64,000 nt of DNA from Negaprion brevirostris (taxonomy: Eukaryota), in the NCBI GenBank assembly GCA_030324005.1, contig JARDVH010000059.1:74968308-75032307 (forward strand), written 5' to 3'. The notes under the pieces were generated by a model. The model was not told where the DNA came from and made no database searches. It saw only the letters and a program-made list of their open reading frames with translations. This document shows, one piece after another, positions 1 to 12,511 of this stretch. The position numbers and the translations under genes are program-made. Position 1 is the first letter of the stretch. The number at the start of each line of letters is the position of its first letter.

Positions 1-934
1 ACCATTTCCCCCAAAGATGTAATGTTTACTCTATATGGTGGTGGAGATGCTGTTTGATCCTACTGGATTGTTCAGTGCATCTCAATAAGATTCACTGAAT
101 GCAAATTGTATTTCTGTGATCTTGTACAGTAGTTTTAAAAATATTGCATGGGATCGGGCACTGCCTACAAAACTAACCACACCTCCAGATAAATGAATCA
201 TTATTGGGAGATTCTGCTCATTGTGCTCCCTTGCAGATCTTCAAGGTGGTTTTAAAATTCAGCTGGATCTCTTAGACATAAGGACACCAATGAGTTCACT
301 TAAAGATTTTGAATGCATTTTTAAGAATGAAATTACAAAATGTTATATCCCAATATAACTCAAATGGTTTTACACATTTTAAAATGTCATTTTCAGTCAT
401 TTAAAACTGGGTTACTGAAAGATTGCAGCTACAAGTAAAGTTTGTATTTTTTGTGATCAGCTGATGTTCAGCTTTATTGATCAAACCTCCATGTGTTAAA
501 ACATTCATATATCTCATGCCATGAGGGATAAGGTATTGCTGATATAGATAACCACTTGTATTATTGAGATTCACTTGAAAACTCATCTGGTCTTTCTAAC
601 TGAAGAATTCCTGGTATGGATACACATTGCCTTGAAGTGGAATCAGGACTGAAAGCAAAAAATGGAGGNNNNNNNNNNNNNNNNNNNNNNNNNNNNNNNN
701 NNNNNNNNNNNNNNNNNNNNNNNNNNNNNNNNNNNNNNNNNNNNNNNNNNNNNNNNNNNNNNNNNNNNNNNNNNNNNNNNNNNNNNNNNNNNNNNNNNNN
801 NNNNNNNNNNNNNNNNNCAGTCACTGGGAGTTTATCTCATGTCTAAATCTGATTGATCTAATCAATAGAAATCAGTTTCCATTAACTCCATTATTTGTGT
901 TGTGCCATGTCAAGAGAGCATACAATGAACTAGA

Positions 935-1233
935 TTTTAAGTTTATTTATAGTGTCATAAATAGGCTTACATTAATACTGTAACGAAATTACCATGAAAA
1001 TCCCTTAGTCGCCACACTCAAACCTGTTCGGGTACACTGAGGGAGAATTTTAGAATGGCCAATGCATCTGACCAGCATGTCTTTTGGATTGTGGGAGGAA
1101 CCTGGAGCACCCAGATGAAACCCACAGACGTGGGGAGAATGTGCAGACTCTGTACACAGTGACCCAAGCTGGGAATTGAACCCAGGTCCCTGGCGCTGTG
1201 AGGTAGCAGTGCTAACCACTATGGCACTGTGCC
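935..1233 (-). mobile_element. HE1-type tRNA-derived SINE (tail type B)
   Basis: tRNA-like head with A/B boxes, shared central domain, tail gattttca..gtaagcct..aataaactt. Confidence 0.85.
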
Positions 1234-3169
1234 TACTCCAGACCATGTGTGAGCGTAAGTATATAGGTTCATTGATTGGCCTGTCTCAGCCTTGGCTAGA
1301 CTCCAGGAATGACGGTCCTTTCTTTATTGCTCTAGGTGATTCTTGCATTCCTGTGCACCCCTTGAACCAACTAAATACTTTCAGAAGTGTCATCATTATT
1401 GTAAAGCAGGAAACATGGTGCCCAGCTTTGATAGAGCTCCCTAACTAGGACCATCCACCCACCCTATCCCTGTAACTCCACACTGTAATAAGATCAATAA
1501 GCAGATAATCTGCCTTTGGCAATGTTGACAGCAGGGGGGTGGGATGCAAAGAATGATTTGCCTCACACCAAGGGGGACTTGAAAATAATAAGTCTTTTGT
1601 GTCCATCTGAGGGCCGATGGCACCCTGGTTTAAATAGCTCATTGGAAAATCAAAGGCTTAGGGAGTTGGGTCTAACAGTTGAAATGTCTAGGGTAAAAAG
1701 GGCAGAAAAGAACCAAGAATGTAACAGGAGTACATCAAACTAGCAGAGAACCATGCTGACATCATGTATATTATAGTGCTGTGCTTCTATTGGAGCTGCC
1801 ACCAGCAACAGCAGTGAGATAATAAATGAACATGAGTATACTATTTACAAAAAAGCAATAATCAATAAATTAAACAAAGTGACAAGGGTGACAGCCCCTG
1901 GTGGGGCACTGCAACTAAAGCAAAATGTCAAAGGAAATTTAACCAACCAAACCAAAGTACCATTCCCAGGAGTTGCTGATGCACCCCAGCCACTGCCTTA
2001 TCCATTGGCCGCAGAAGGCCAGAAGCATGCACTGGACATTGCCTACTCCCTCTCCAAGACCACTAGGCTGTGGATGTAGCCACTGTAGAGGGGCAAACAG
2101 TTGGGTTGAACAACCCCCTCTACTGCCTGTTGCCTGGATCTGTTAATGGTCAACTTGGCCAAGCCCAAGAGCAGGCAGTTCAAGGAGGTTCTTTTCCCTC
2201 CTCACTTCCCCTCCAGAGCAGGTGTGAACGTGAGCACATAGGTTCATTGGCTGGCCTGTCTCATCCTTGGCTAGATTCCTGTAATGGTAGGACTGAAAAA
2301 CTCCAGCTAAAGGATGAAAACTTGTCAAGACAAATGGGGTGGCTTTGAATGGGTCAGAGAAAGATGATGTTTAAATTGTGCATTTGGCCAGCTACCCAAC
2401 ACATCCTTGCCTCCATTCACGCTCACTGGAGGTGAGAATTGGCAGCATGCTGTGGAAAATGGCACCAGGTCAGGGGAATTAACATCCCACCTAAGTGTCA
2501 TTTCCAGGACTCATCAACATTCCCCGACATCAGACAGATGTCCCACCAAAGCCAGAACCGGTGACTATCAGGAGAGGGCCTCCAGTGACAGGCTGGGGGC
2601 CATTGAAACCTACTCTCAAATAGCCAATCTCAGAACTTCTGGGATGAGAAGGCCACTGCTGCAGCCTCCAGCATTTCTAAGCTGGGTGCTCCCTCTGTGC
2701 ACTGATGACCCTGACAGCCATGGCCATTCTTTATCTGTAATTTTTATCATGCTTTAGGCAGAGCCTCATTTTTCAGGTGCCCTGATGATAATTGGATGGT
2801 GAATATTGAGTGGCCTGTTTACTGGCCACCTTCCAGGAAATTCCAGTTGTTAATATGTCTAAACTGGAGAGGATTGGGACAAAAAGTGGTCCTTAGTCCC
2901 CACCCCTCAAATTTTCAAAGGCCACAAGATTCCATCCAATGAATCCATTCCAATGACTAGCAGACTACAAGACTACAGTCACAAACCATTTAATCTACTA
3001 GATAGTGCTTCACCCACAGACACTGAACAAACAAGTGGCAAACTCAACATTTTTCTATGTGTTGCTTAATTCTGAGAATGGAAAAGTTCCAGATTTGCTT
3101 GTTTAAGTTTTTCATTAAATTTTCAAAAGTGGCAAAGAAATTAGATTAATTTAAGTAAAAAAGGAGGAG

Positions 3170-3790
3170 TGACATGGCACAATAGTTAGCAATGCTGCCT
3201 CACAGCTCCAGGGACCCAGGTTCAATTCCAGCCTTGGGTGACTGTGGAATTTGCATATTCTCCTCGTGTCTGTGTGTGGTTCCCTCAGATGCTCCAATTT
3301 CCTCCCACAATGCAAAGATGTGCAGGTTAGGAGTATTAATGGGTTAAATATGCAGGGTCAGAGAGTCAGTGCAGATGCAATGGGCTAAATGGCCTCCCTC
3401 TGTATCTAAGGGATCCTATGGTTCTATGACCAAAGGCAATATCTTNNNNNNNNNNNNNNNNNNNNNNNNNNNNNNNNNNNNNNNNNNNNNNNNNNNNNNN
3501 NNNNNNNNNNNNNNNNNNNNNNNNNNNNNNNNNNNNNNNNNNNNNCTAATGCATGGGTGTTTCTCCCAGGTGCTCCAATTTCCTCCCACATCCCAAGATG
3601 TGCAAGTTAGGTGAATTGGCCATGCTAAATTGCCCCTTGGTGTCCCAAGATGTGTTGATTTGGGGGATTAATGGGGTAAATAGGTGGGATTACAGGGATA
3701 GGGAAGGGAAGTGGGCTCGGGGTAGATGCTCTGTCGGAGAATTGGTGCAGGTTTGATGAGCCGAATGGCCTCCTTTTGCACTGTAGGAAT
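3170..3790 (+). mobile_element. Two HE1-type SINE copies separated by a gap (tail type A)
   Basis: tggcacaatagttagcaatgctgcctcacag head; CR1-like tail. Confidence 0.8.
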
Positions 3791-4833
3791 TCAATTGAAG
3801 GGATAGAATCCCCACTGAAGTTCTTTTAATCTTACACAAAGGTTACAGCTGGAGATCTGGAGAACTCCCCCCCTCACAGAAATTCCAAGTGATTATTTTT
3901 AATACAAACTACATAAGCAGAGGATGTAGCCAATGTTTAAGATCTTAATTGTACCTTAAGCCAGACTGCTTTCAAACAGAGGTTAATTACACACTCAACA
4001 GAAAATGTCTCTAGATCCTATAACTCAGCCTTTCAAGGTCAGGAAATGGCTGTCACTAAATCAGACTGTACAACATCTCTGCTCTGCTTAATTTCCAGCA
4101 GTTTCCTGCAGTCTGGAGCAGGATTAGCATCTCTGACTGGATAAGTGACTGTTTAACTACTTAAAGAAATGCAGTGAGCGTTTCAGCACAGGCCTAAGTG
4201 GCCAGCTTTCTTACAGGCAAGGAAGAAAATCCTACAGAATGAACTCAGCCAGTGGAAAATTGCACAAGTGACACTCTGCCTGTTTCCATTAAAATTAAAA
4301 AGACCGCGTTCCATAAACCTTCCCTTCACATTGTTTCCATATTATTCTGCATACATGCATCTGCAATAAGATTTTATGGGCTATTTTGGCAACATATTTT
4401 AGACTATAAAGAGAAAATTAACATGAAGACACAATTTATTGGGATATAAAACTTCATTTTTTCCAAAACATTACACAGAGAACATGAGCCAGTGATTGAA
4501 CGGAACACATTACCCATGGCCATACAATAAAAAGACTGATATATATAGCAGCCAATTCATGCTTATTGGCAGATGCATTTGGTGCTAAGAACAAACAAAG
4601 TAAAAAAACTTTGCTAGAATGATCATAAGAAAAGAAAAACTTGCATTGATATAGCACCTCATTACCTCAGGATGCACCAAAATGCTTTGCAGCCACCAAT
4701 GTACCTTTTTGAAGTATATACTGCTGTTCTATAGGAAATGTGGCAGCCAATTTAAGCACAGAAGGCTCCCACAAACATTAATGTGGTAATAATCAGATAA
4801 CCTATTTTAATAATGTCAGTTGAGGGAGTAATA

Positions 4834-6151
4834 GGGATTTAAAAATAGGGATATTCTGTTGCAATTGTATAGGGCATTGGTGAGGCCATATCTGGAGTAT
4901 TGCATGCAGTTTTGGTGAGGAAGGATGTCCTATCTGTAGAGGAAGTACAGCAACGGTTTACCAGGCTGATTCCTGGGATGGCAAGTCTGTCACATGAGGA
5001 GAGATTAAGTCAGTGTGTATTATATTCATGGAGCTTAGAAATGAGACAGGATCCCATAGAAACTTATAAAATTCTAACAGGGTAGTTCAGAAAGAATGGG
5101 GGCAATTGTCCCAAAAGTGCTGAATTGGTGGGAAAACTGTTCTAGAGATCACAACTATTTCTTCAGTGCAAATTCAGACCTGAATCTTCCCACTCTGTGC
5201 ACTGCAGAGGTCCCAATCGGAAATCTTATTAAAAACCTTGGCGGGCAGGCAGCGCAGGACAGGNNNCACCCCGGCAGACCACCCCCCACCCCCACCAGCC
5301 TGCCCCGATTGCTGGCCTCCCTCCAGCTTTGATCAACCCAATCTGCAGAGTGGCAGCAGGACCCCCTACCCCCACTGATCACCCCTAGGCCTCACCCACA
5401 ATAGGTCCTGCCCCCTTGGCACTGCCAGGGTGCCCATGCCCAGGGAACATCACCCCCTCACTGCCCAAGCCCCTGGAGGGCCCCGATTGCCCCTGCTTCA
5501 TTCCAGCAGGGTCTTCTTTTCGTTTCCCCAAACATGGGGAGCTACTTCAAACCCCACCGGAATGAAGTTCCTGACAGGGTGGAAGATTCAGTCAGGCCTG
5601 GCAAGTTCCTGATAATCGCACATAAAATGTATTTTAAAAGATCACTCACCTACCTTCCTGCCAGTTTCCAGCACGCTCTGGACTCCGACTGTTTTCCGAC
5701 TTTGGGAGATGCACATGCATTCCCAGGGCATGTGCAAATCCCAGAAAAAGGCTGACAACGTATATCTTGCAGCCCAACCCGCCAGAAAAGTTGTGGGTCA
5801 CCATGGGAGAATCACCCCCAATGTTCCCAATGGTGGGGGAGACCACCCTAGGAGTCATAGATTGAGGATAAGGGGTAAACCTTGTAGAACTGAGAGGAGG
5901 AGAAGTCCCTTCACCCAGAGGATGGCAAATGTGTGAAGTTCACTATCATAGAATGTAGCGGAGGCCAAAACATTGTCTGATTTCAAGAAAACAGATATAG
6001 CTCTTGGGGCTGAAGGGATCAAGGGATATGGGAGGTAGGGGGGGAAAAAAAAAATCAGGATATTGAATTCAGTGATCATCCATGATCAAGATAAGTAGCA
6101 GAATGAGCGCTAAGAGTTGAATGGCCTGCTCCTGCTTCTAGTTTCTATGTT
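4834..6151 (+). mobile_element. CR1-clade LINE 3' fragment (interrupted by the MITE at 5098-5819)
   Basis: LYRALVRPYLEYC, EEVQQRFTRLIPG, IETYKILTG motifs; (TTCTA)-type tail; flanked by TAATA at 4829-4833 and 6152-6156. Confidence 0.85.
5098..5819. mobile_element. Harbinger-type non-autonomous element (MITE) inserted in a CR1 fragment
   Basis: TIRs GGGGGCAATTGTCCCA / TGGGAGAATCACCCCC; 3-bp TSD AAT at 5095-5097 and 5820-5822. Confidence 0.8.
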
Positions 6152-6163
6152 TAATATTGACCA

Positions 6164-6919
6164 GGGGTTGGATTTTACACACTCATCCCAGCCCACACTG
6201 GTATATTTAAAGGTGGTGGGGACCTAGTAAAATAAAGTCAGAGGCCTTCCCACTATTTTCCCACCAAGCCTTTGCCCACTGTAATATGGGAAAAAGGTAA
6301 AGATATCAGGCTGCCCACCCACCCTCAGGCCTAAGAGACTCATTCCACCTCTTTAAATATAGGAGGAGACAGCCAGGCAACTGTTGGGCAAGAAGGGGAG
6401 GGTAGCATCTTTGGGGTGACCCCTGTTTCCAGAGGAACCCCTTCCCCAGATTGTGACCCTTGACATCTCAAACAAAGTCCCTCAACCACCCTGCCCCAAC
6501 ACTGGGTTTAACAGCCAGGTCCACCCGGAGAACCAGACCTATCTTCATACCTGGGCTCCATCAAATTTCTGCCCTGGGGACTGCCTAAATTCTCAGCCAT
6601 GGCCACCGCTGGGACTAGAGCTGCCAGCCAAACAGATTGACTCAAGCTCCCTGGGGCAGGCATTCCTCCTNNNNNNNNNNNNNNNNNNNNNNNNNNNNNN
6701 NNNNNNNNNNNNNNNNNNNNNNNNNNNNNNNNNNNNNNNNNNNNNNNNNNNNNNNNNNNNNNNNNNNNNNCCCTGGGGCAGGCATTCCTCCTAGTCTAGG
6801 AAACAATTCCTAGTTTCACTGCTAGTCCCTCTGAAACAATTAAGGCTGCTCTTAATGTTACTGCAGTGCAACCAGGTTTCAGGTAGGTGGTCTGACGATT
6901 GACTGTAAAATCCAGCCCC
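6164..6919. mobile_element. Harbinger-type MITE
   Basis: TIRs GGGGTTGGATTTTACA / TGTAAAATCCAGCCCC. Confidence 0.75.
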
Positions 6920-7097
6920 CAAGACACTGGGAGAAACTCCCACCTCCCTCACTCAGTGCTGTATAATCTTTGATGTGTGTTTGAGAGAGTGGACTTGGTT
7001 TAACGTCTTATCTGAAAGCTGATTACAAACAGAAAGTGTTTCTTCTTCTCCAAGACTAAAACACTAAACTATTGAATGTAAGGATGTCAGCTTTTTC

Positions 7098-7425
7098 ATA
7101 ATCATAGAATTATAGACTCCCTACAGTGCAGGAGGCAGCCATTTGGCCCATTGAATCTGCACTGACCACAATCCCACTCAGGCACTATTCCCTGTAACCC
7201 CATATATTTACCCTGCTAGTCCCCCTAACACTAGGGTCAATTTATCATGGTCAATCAACATAACCAGCACATCTTTGGATTATGGGAGGAGACCAGAGCA
7301 CCCAGAGGAAACCCACACAAAGATGGGGAGAACATGCAGACACAGGCAGTGACCCAAGGCCAGAATTGAACCCAGGTCCCTGGTGCAGTGAGGCAGTAGT
7401 GCTAACCGCTGTACTAGTGCACCAT
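7098..7425 (-). mobile_element. HE1-type SINE (tail type A)
   Basis: Same head and central domain; tail ctgtagggagtctataattctatg. Confidence 0.85.
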
Positions 7426-7559
7426 GACATTAAGCAATAGAAAGATATCAGTAACTCCAACACACTGTGCTCCAAGGCTTTTGATTCAACTATCTTGGGT
7501 GATGGTGCAATTGGATTTCCTCTAGGTATTGAATTGGATAAAATTGTGAAATCATACAC

Positions 7560-8830
7560 AAACACTGCACTGACAATTTTACTACCAAAAGCACACATCA
7601 TCCCAGGTGGAATTTGGTCACTGTTCCTTCACAATCTATAAGAGAAACTCTACTAATGGTAAAAAACACATTCTCTCCATCTGCATCTCAAAAAAGGCCA
7701 GATAACCTCATGATTATCTATGCTCCAACCCTATGTCACACTACAGAGCTGAAAGACCAGCTCTGCTAGGAGCTTGCCATTATCAGCAAAATCCCTAATT
7801 TAGAACATCTTTGCCTCCTGAAGGATTTCCTGCCTCAGACATCATGGCCTGGGAAAGATAAATGAGAACAGACAGAAACTAATTGAGATTTGCTGCTGCC
7901 ATGAGCTTTTGTAACTAACCCCTTTTTTCAAAGCAAACCATACCACAATGTGTCCTGGAGATGTGCAGAATCAGGGCATTGACATCAACTGGATCTGATC
8001 ATCATCAGATGTGACTTTCTGAGCAGCATCCTCAACACACACAGCTACCACCTGTCTCATCAGGAGTAACTCTTCAAATGCAAACAATAAAAAATAGAAC
8101 AAACTGACTCCAACTTCTAAGTCAAAGAAAAGATTTAATAAAGAAACATCATTACTCCAAATTTGGGACTTCAACCTGCACCATGTTCTTATTTATAGTG
8201 AGTCAGTTGGTCAGCTGACTATTACATCATTCTGTAATTGGTTCCAAGGTTTACTGGGTCAGCTGACCCTTACATCTTGTTACCATTGGTCACATTGCAT
8301 CCAATACCAAGTTGTTACTGATTTCATTCTAACACCACAGTGCTGACTGTAATATTGATCACTTCCTACAGTGCACCATAGTGAGGATGCAATCCTCAAA
8401 GATTTTTCATTCAAAACAGAAATGCTGTCCTCATGTCAATGTCAGCCTTTTTGCCTATCCAGGTAACAAGGCAATAGTTGCTCACTCAATTTAACAGAGT
8501 TCTCTCCATTACAGCATGCAGAGGTGAAATGGATCATACTTTGAGACACCATCTACAACATTGCACTCTTAGTATATGGGAAACAAGAGCAATAAAATTC
8601 TGATGGGTTCAAGGTGAACATCATTTTGATGAAACCTGTCATTGAAGCCAAGTGATTTGCTCTCATTGAATTCAAGTGAGATCAGAGCAAGAAGACTCTG
8701 GATGTACTAAGAGCCACTTGAAATAAAGTCCAACAAACTGCTAGGTGGTGTGTCAATGATGACTGGTTACAACCTTTCCAGACTATCCAGATGTGCTTTG
8801 ACACATATGAAGGGATCAAAAAGATAACAG
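7560..8830 (+). mobile_element. RTE-clade LINE fragment (endonuclease region), interrupted by a solo LTR
   Basis: IIYAPTL, VTNPFFQSKPYHNVSWR, HQLDLII, and SYH|SADC split by the insertion. Confidence 0.75.
8053..8334. mobile_element. Solo LTR
   Basis: TG...CA ends with CCAC duplicated at 8048-8051 and 8335-8338; removing it restores the RTE SYHSAD motif. Confidence 0.65.
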
Positions 8831-9402
8831 ACTGCAATAAGCAGATGGAGAGATGGGTGAGTGTAAATTTTATCCATTAACCCCAAACAATCCCGACATC
8901 AGTCAAAAACTTGAGGTCAGGGACATTTATATAAAGTGTTCAGAATCCCACAGCAGTAGCCACACAAATAGACCACGTGTCAGAGAAAGTAATCTCCAAG
9001 GTGGAGTGACTACTTCAAGTAGACATACATTAGCAAGCATTAGAGAGAAGTCATGAACAATAAACTCAACTCGATGGTGTAGAGAGTACAGAGTTTCTGC
9101 AATGGTGGAAGGGACCATCATGTCCTACTGGTCAGCCATCACTCACTCAAGTCAGTGCCTTTCTAGTAAGCTGTTAACTGGCCCTTTAGGGTCCATCTGC
9201 TTCAGTGGGTGCTCAGAGCTGAGAGGCTGTGCTCAATTAAAGATAATCCATTTTATCTGGGAAACAACCNNNNNNNNNNNNNNNNNNNNNNNNNNNNNNN
9301 NNNNNNNNNNNNNNNNNNNNNNNNNNNNNNNNNNNNNNNNNNNNNNNNNNNNNNNNNNNNNNNNNNNNNNNNNNNNNNNNNNNNNNNNNNNNNNNNNNNN
9401 NN

Positions 9403-10740
9403 GGGGGCGAGTGCAGCTGAAAAATCCCATCCTGCAATTGGAAGCTGGAATGTCAGGACCATATGCACTGGGTTGATAACTGATTTAAAGCTGGTTGATT
9501 ATGCATGCAAGACAGTTGTGATGGACATGGAAGTTGATAAGCTGAGCACTGACTTGGCTTCCTTACAAGAGCCCAGGCTCACCAAGAGCTGATCACTGAA
9601 ATAGCATTACTCATTCATCTGACAGAGGAAGAATTCTGAGGAAACAACAATTCTGAGTAATGTGTAGGCTTTGCTGCTCTCAGGTCATCTACACTAGCTG
9701 AGTACTTCCATAGCAGGACTGACCGAAAGCTGTTCACTCTGGCTCACCCGAGTGCAAGACAAAGGTACGCCAAGTCCTCATCAAACAGTAAATCTGTCTA
9801 TCCTGACGATGCTGTATTAACATTCCATACTGAGTAACACCTTCAACAGCGAAAGGACAGACTCTCTCAGCCCTGTAAAGAGTTTGGTTTGACCATCAGC
9901 ATCACGAAGAAAAATGTCATGGTCTAGGCTGTGGCCATAAAGCCAAGTACCAGCATTGACAATGTGACACTGGAGGTTGTTGATAGCTTCAATAGCTAGG
10001 CTCTACAATCACCAGCAATCTGTCACTTGAAGCTGAAATCAATACACACATTTCAAAAATGGCAGTTGTTATATCCAAGCTGAGGAAGAGGGGAGTGTGG
10101 AAAAACAGCAACCTGACTGAGAATGCTAAACTGTGATTCGACCAAGCATGAGACCTCAGCACACTAAGTGAGTGCTGGATAACATACGCTAGACAAGATA
10201 AAAGCTGAACAGTTTTCACTTTTACTGGCACATCACTGGCACCTCCCTTAGCATGACAAGGTCACCAACTCAGAGAGTCTGATGTATGCACCCCATCAGC
10301 ACCCACACATTGCTAAGCCAATAATTTTGCACTATCTTGGCCACATTCATCACAAGGATAATGGTTGTTTACCGAAAGACCCTCTGTAGGGGTGAATTGG
10401 CCCCTGGTCACAACCTCCTGGCTGGCCCTGCCTCCACCATAAGGGTATCTGCAACTGAGATATGAAGATGGTTGACATTGACACTGGGAGACAGTCACTT
10501 ACAATTGTGACTCCTGGAGACTGATGTTTGGGCATTGGAAAATGCCAGCAGAAACAAAAATTCGACTGACAGAGAAAAGAGCCCAGAGAAAACAGAGGCC
10601 AGCAAGTTGTGTACCTTCTCAACCCACTGGCTTCCTCTGCAACAAATGCAGCAGAGACTGCGACGCCAGGGTGGGGCTGCTGAGACACAGAGTTAACCAC
10701 CACAGCACAAGTCATCACCTTACAAGTTGGAAGACTACCA
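9403..10740 (+). mobile_element. RTE-clade LINE fragments (endonuclease N-terminus, RT C-terminus, zinc knuckle)
   Basis: IGSWNVRT, LASLQEPRL, YPDDAVL..CKEFGLTISITKKNVM, FLCNKCSRDCDARVGLLRH. Confidence 0.85.
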
Positions 10741-11706
10741 AAAACAAAAATCAGCTCAGAGGAAACAGAGGCAAAGTTGCCTGGAATTCTGATGATATCT
10801 TGCCAGTCTTACCTGGCACAAATGGAGGGAGTGAGTGCAAGGAGAATAGGCCCCAACTGACTGAGGAAGTCTTAGCATATTCCTGAACCAGGCTCCACCA
10901 AATTGGTAATGATCCTTCTTAAAACAGTGGATTGAAATATCAAACAAGTGTGTTAAGTTTTAATCCTCTAATATCACCACTTTTTCTTTTCTCTTAATTA
11001 TGCTAACTTGTGCTTGTGACAAAAAAGCAGGTTTGAATTGAGTATCAAGGCTTCCTTTCTATCAAAACAGGTTCTATTTCTTCACACTGTAACTGGTACA
11101 GCGTGTAACAAGACTACTAATTATCCATTCACCACATAGACCAAGCCTGTCATGTCTTCTGTCCCGAAAGACAGTAAAGACCACAACATCAGGTTCAGGT
11201 TAAATGCAGAATCCATCAATTATTTTCAAGATAATTAGATAGTGGCTTGAAAAGAGTTGATAAGCCAAATGATGGGCTGAAACCTCTGTGCTGGAGCATC
11301 CAATGATTTTCTGAAAGGCAGCAGCATGTGGCAAGATAGGGAGCAGAAAATATAAACTACCTCCAAACAAAAAGGGACCGTATGAAATCTTTGTACATCA
11401 TTTCAACAACATTCATTTGCATTTATATAGCATCTTTGTGAGTTGGGGGAGTTTTTGAGGTATAAACTCTTTTAATCAAAATATGCAAGTTCTAAAATCT
11501 GAATTCCTAACACTAGAGTCCTCGGTTGTGCTTGACCTAACAAGGTTAAGAATAACTAGTACTGATGAATCAAGTAGACTTTATTAAACAAGATTTTACA
11601 TTTACTTAGCAAAAAAACAGTGAAGACAACATGGAAGGTTATTTATCCCTCAAGGCCCTAAGCAGTACAAACAATACCTTTATTCTTCTTTCCCTGAAGT
11701 GATGTT

Positions 11707-12040
11707 ATCATAGAACTCCTTCAGTACAGAAGGAGGCCATTTGGCCCATCAAGTCTCTCTGATAGAACACCTTACCCAGGCTACCCTTCTGCCCTATCCC
11801 TGTAAAACCCCACGCATTTACCCCACTAATCCGCCTAATCCACATATCTTGGAACACTAAGAGACAACTTAGTATGGCCAATCCACCTAACCTAGATATC
11901 TTTAGATTGTGGGAGGAAACTGGAACACCCTGAGGAAATCCCTGCATAAACACAGGGAGAACATGCAACCTCCACACAGTCACCCAAGGCTGGAATGAAA
12001 CCCAGGCCACTGGCGCTGTGAGACAGCAGTGCTAACCATT
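11707..12040 (-). mobile_element. HE1-type SINE (tail type A)
   Basis: Same family consensus. Confidence 0.85.
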
Positions 12041-12511
12041 ATATGTTGAACAGTGTTGCAGAAGAGAGGCCCATGGTGAAATTGTACCAATAAGGGCCTC
12101 AATTTTCCAACATTTATCTGTACTTCTCATCCTTTATTTGTAACTAATCCAAATAAATCCCTCTTATTGGCTTAGGATGAGGGACATCTGGTATCACCTC
12201 ACATCTGTAATTAGAGTATTATAGACTGAAGATAAATGCACATCCTTTGTTCCCTGGGCCCAAGGAGGTACATTTCATTGTGTACAAATCTTTGTACATG
12301 CAAATCTATTGTACAAAAAATATTCCATCCTCTTATCCATTATACAATGCATCGTAATCATTCACATCAGCATATTTAACACATTCCCACAAATACCGAG
12401 AGAATTAAGAACAAATATTAATAATACTTCCTACTATAATATCAACGATGAAATGCCTTTTTAAAAGCCTACCCGACAGATATGACTAATCAATTAAACG
12501 TAACAATTCAT

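Larger units (their letters stand above)
4620..7030 (-). mobile_element. Ancient Deu-domain-type SINE split into three pieces (4620-4833, 6152-6163, 6920-7030)
   Basis: Tail aacttgcattgatatagcacc and body gcagccaatttaagcacagaagg resemble L2-tailed DeuSINEs; the pieces rejoin when the inserts are removed. Confidence 0.55.

Noticed and set aside
1891-1914. CTCF-like motif (TGCAGTGCCCCACCAGGGGCTG on the minus strand)
   Set aside because: The core is one G short and the upstream-motif spacing is off; a single weak match
6649-6792. Direct repeat ccctggggcaggcattcctcct on both sides of a gap
   Set aside because: Typical unmerged contig overlap around a 100-N gap, so most likely an assembly artefact
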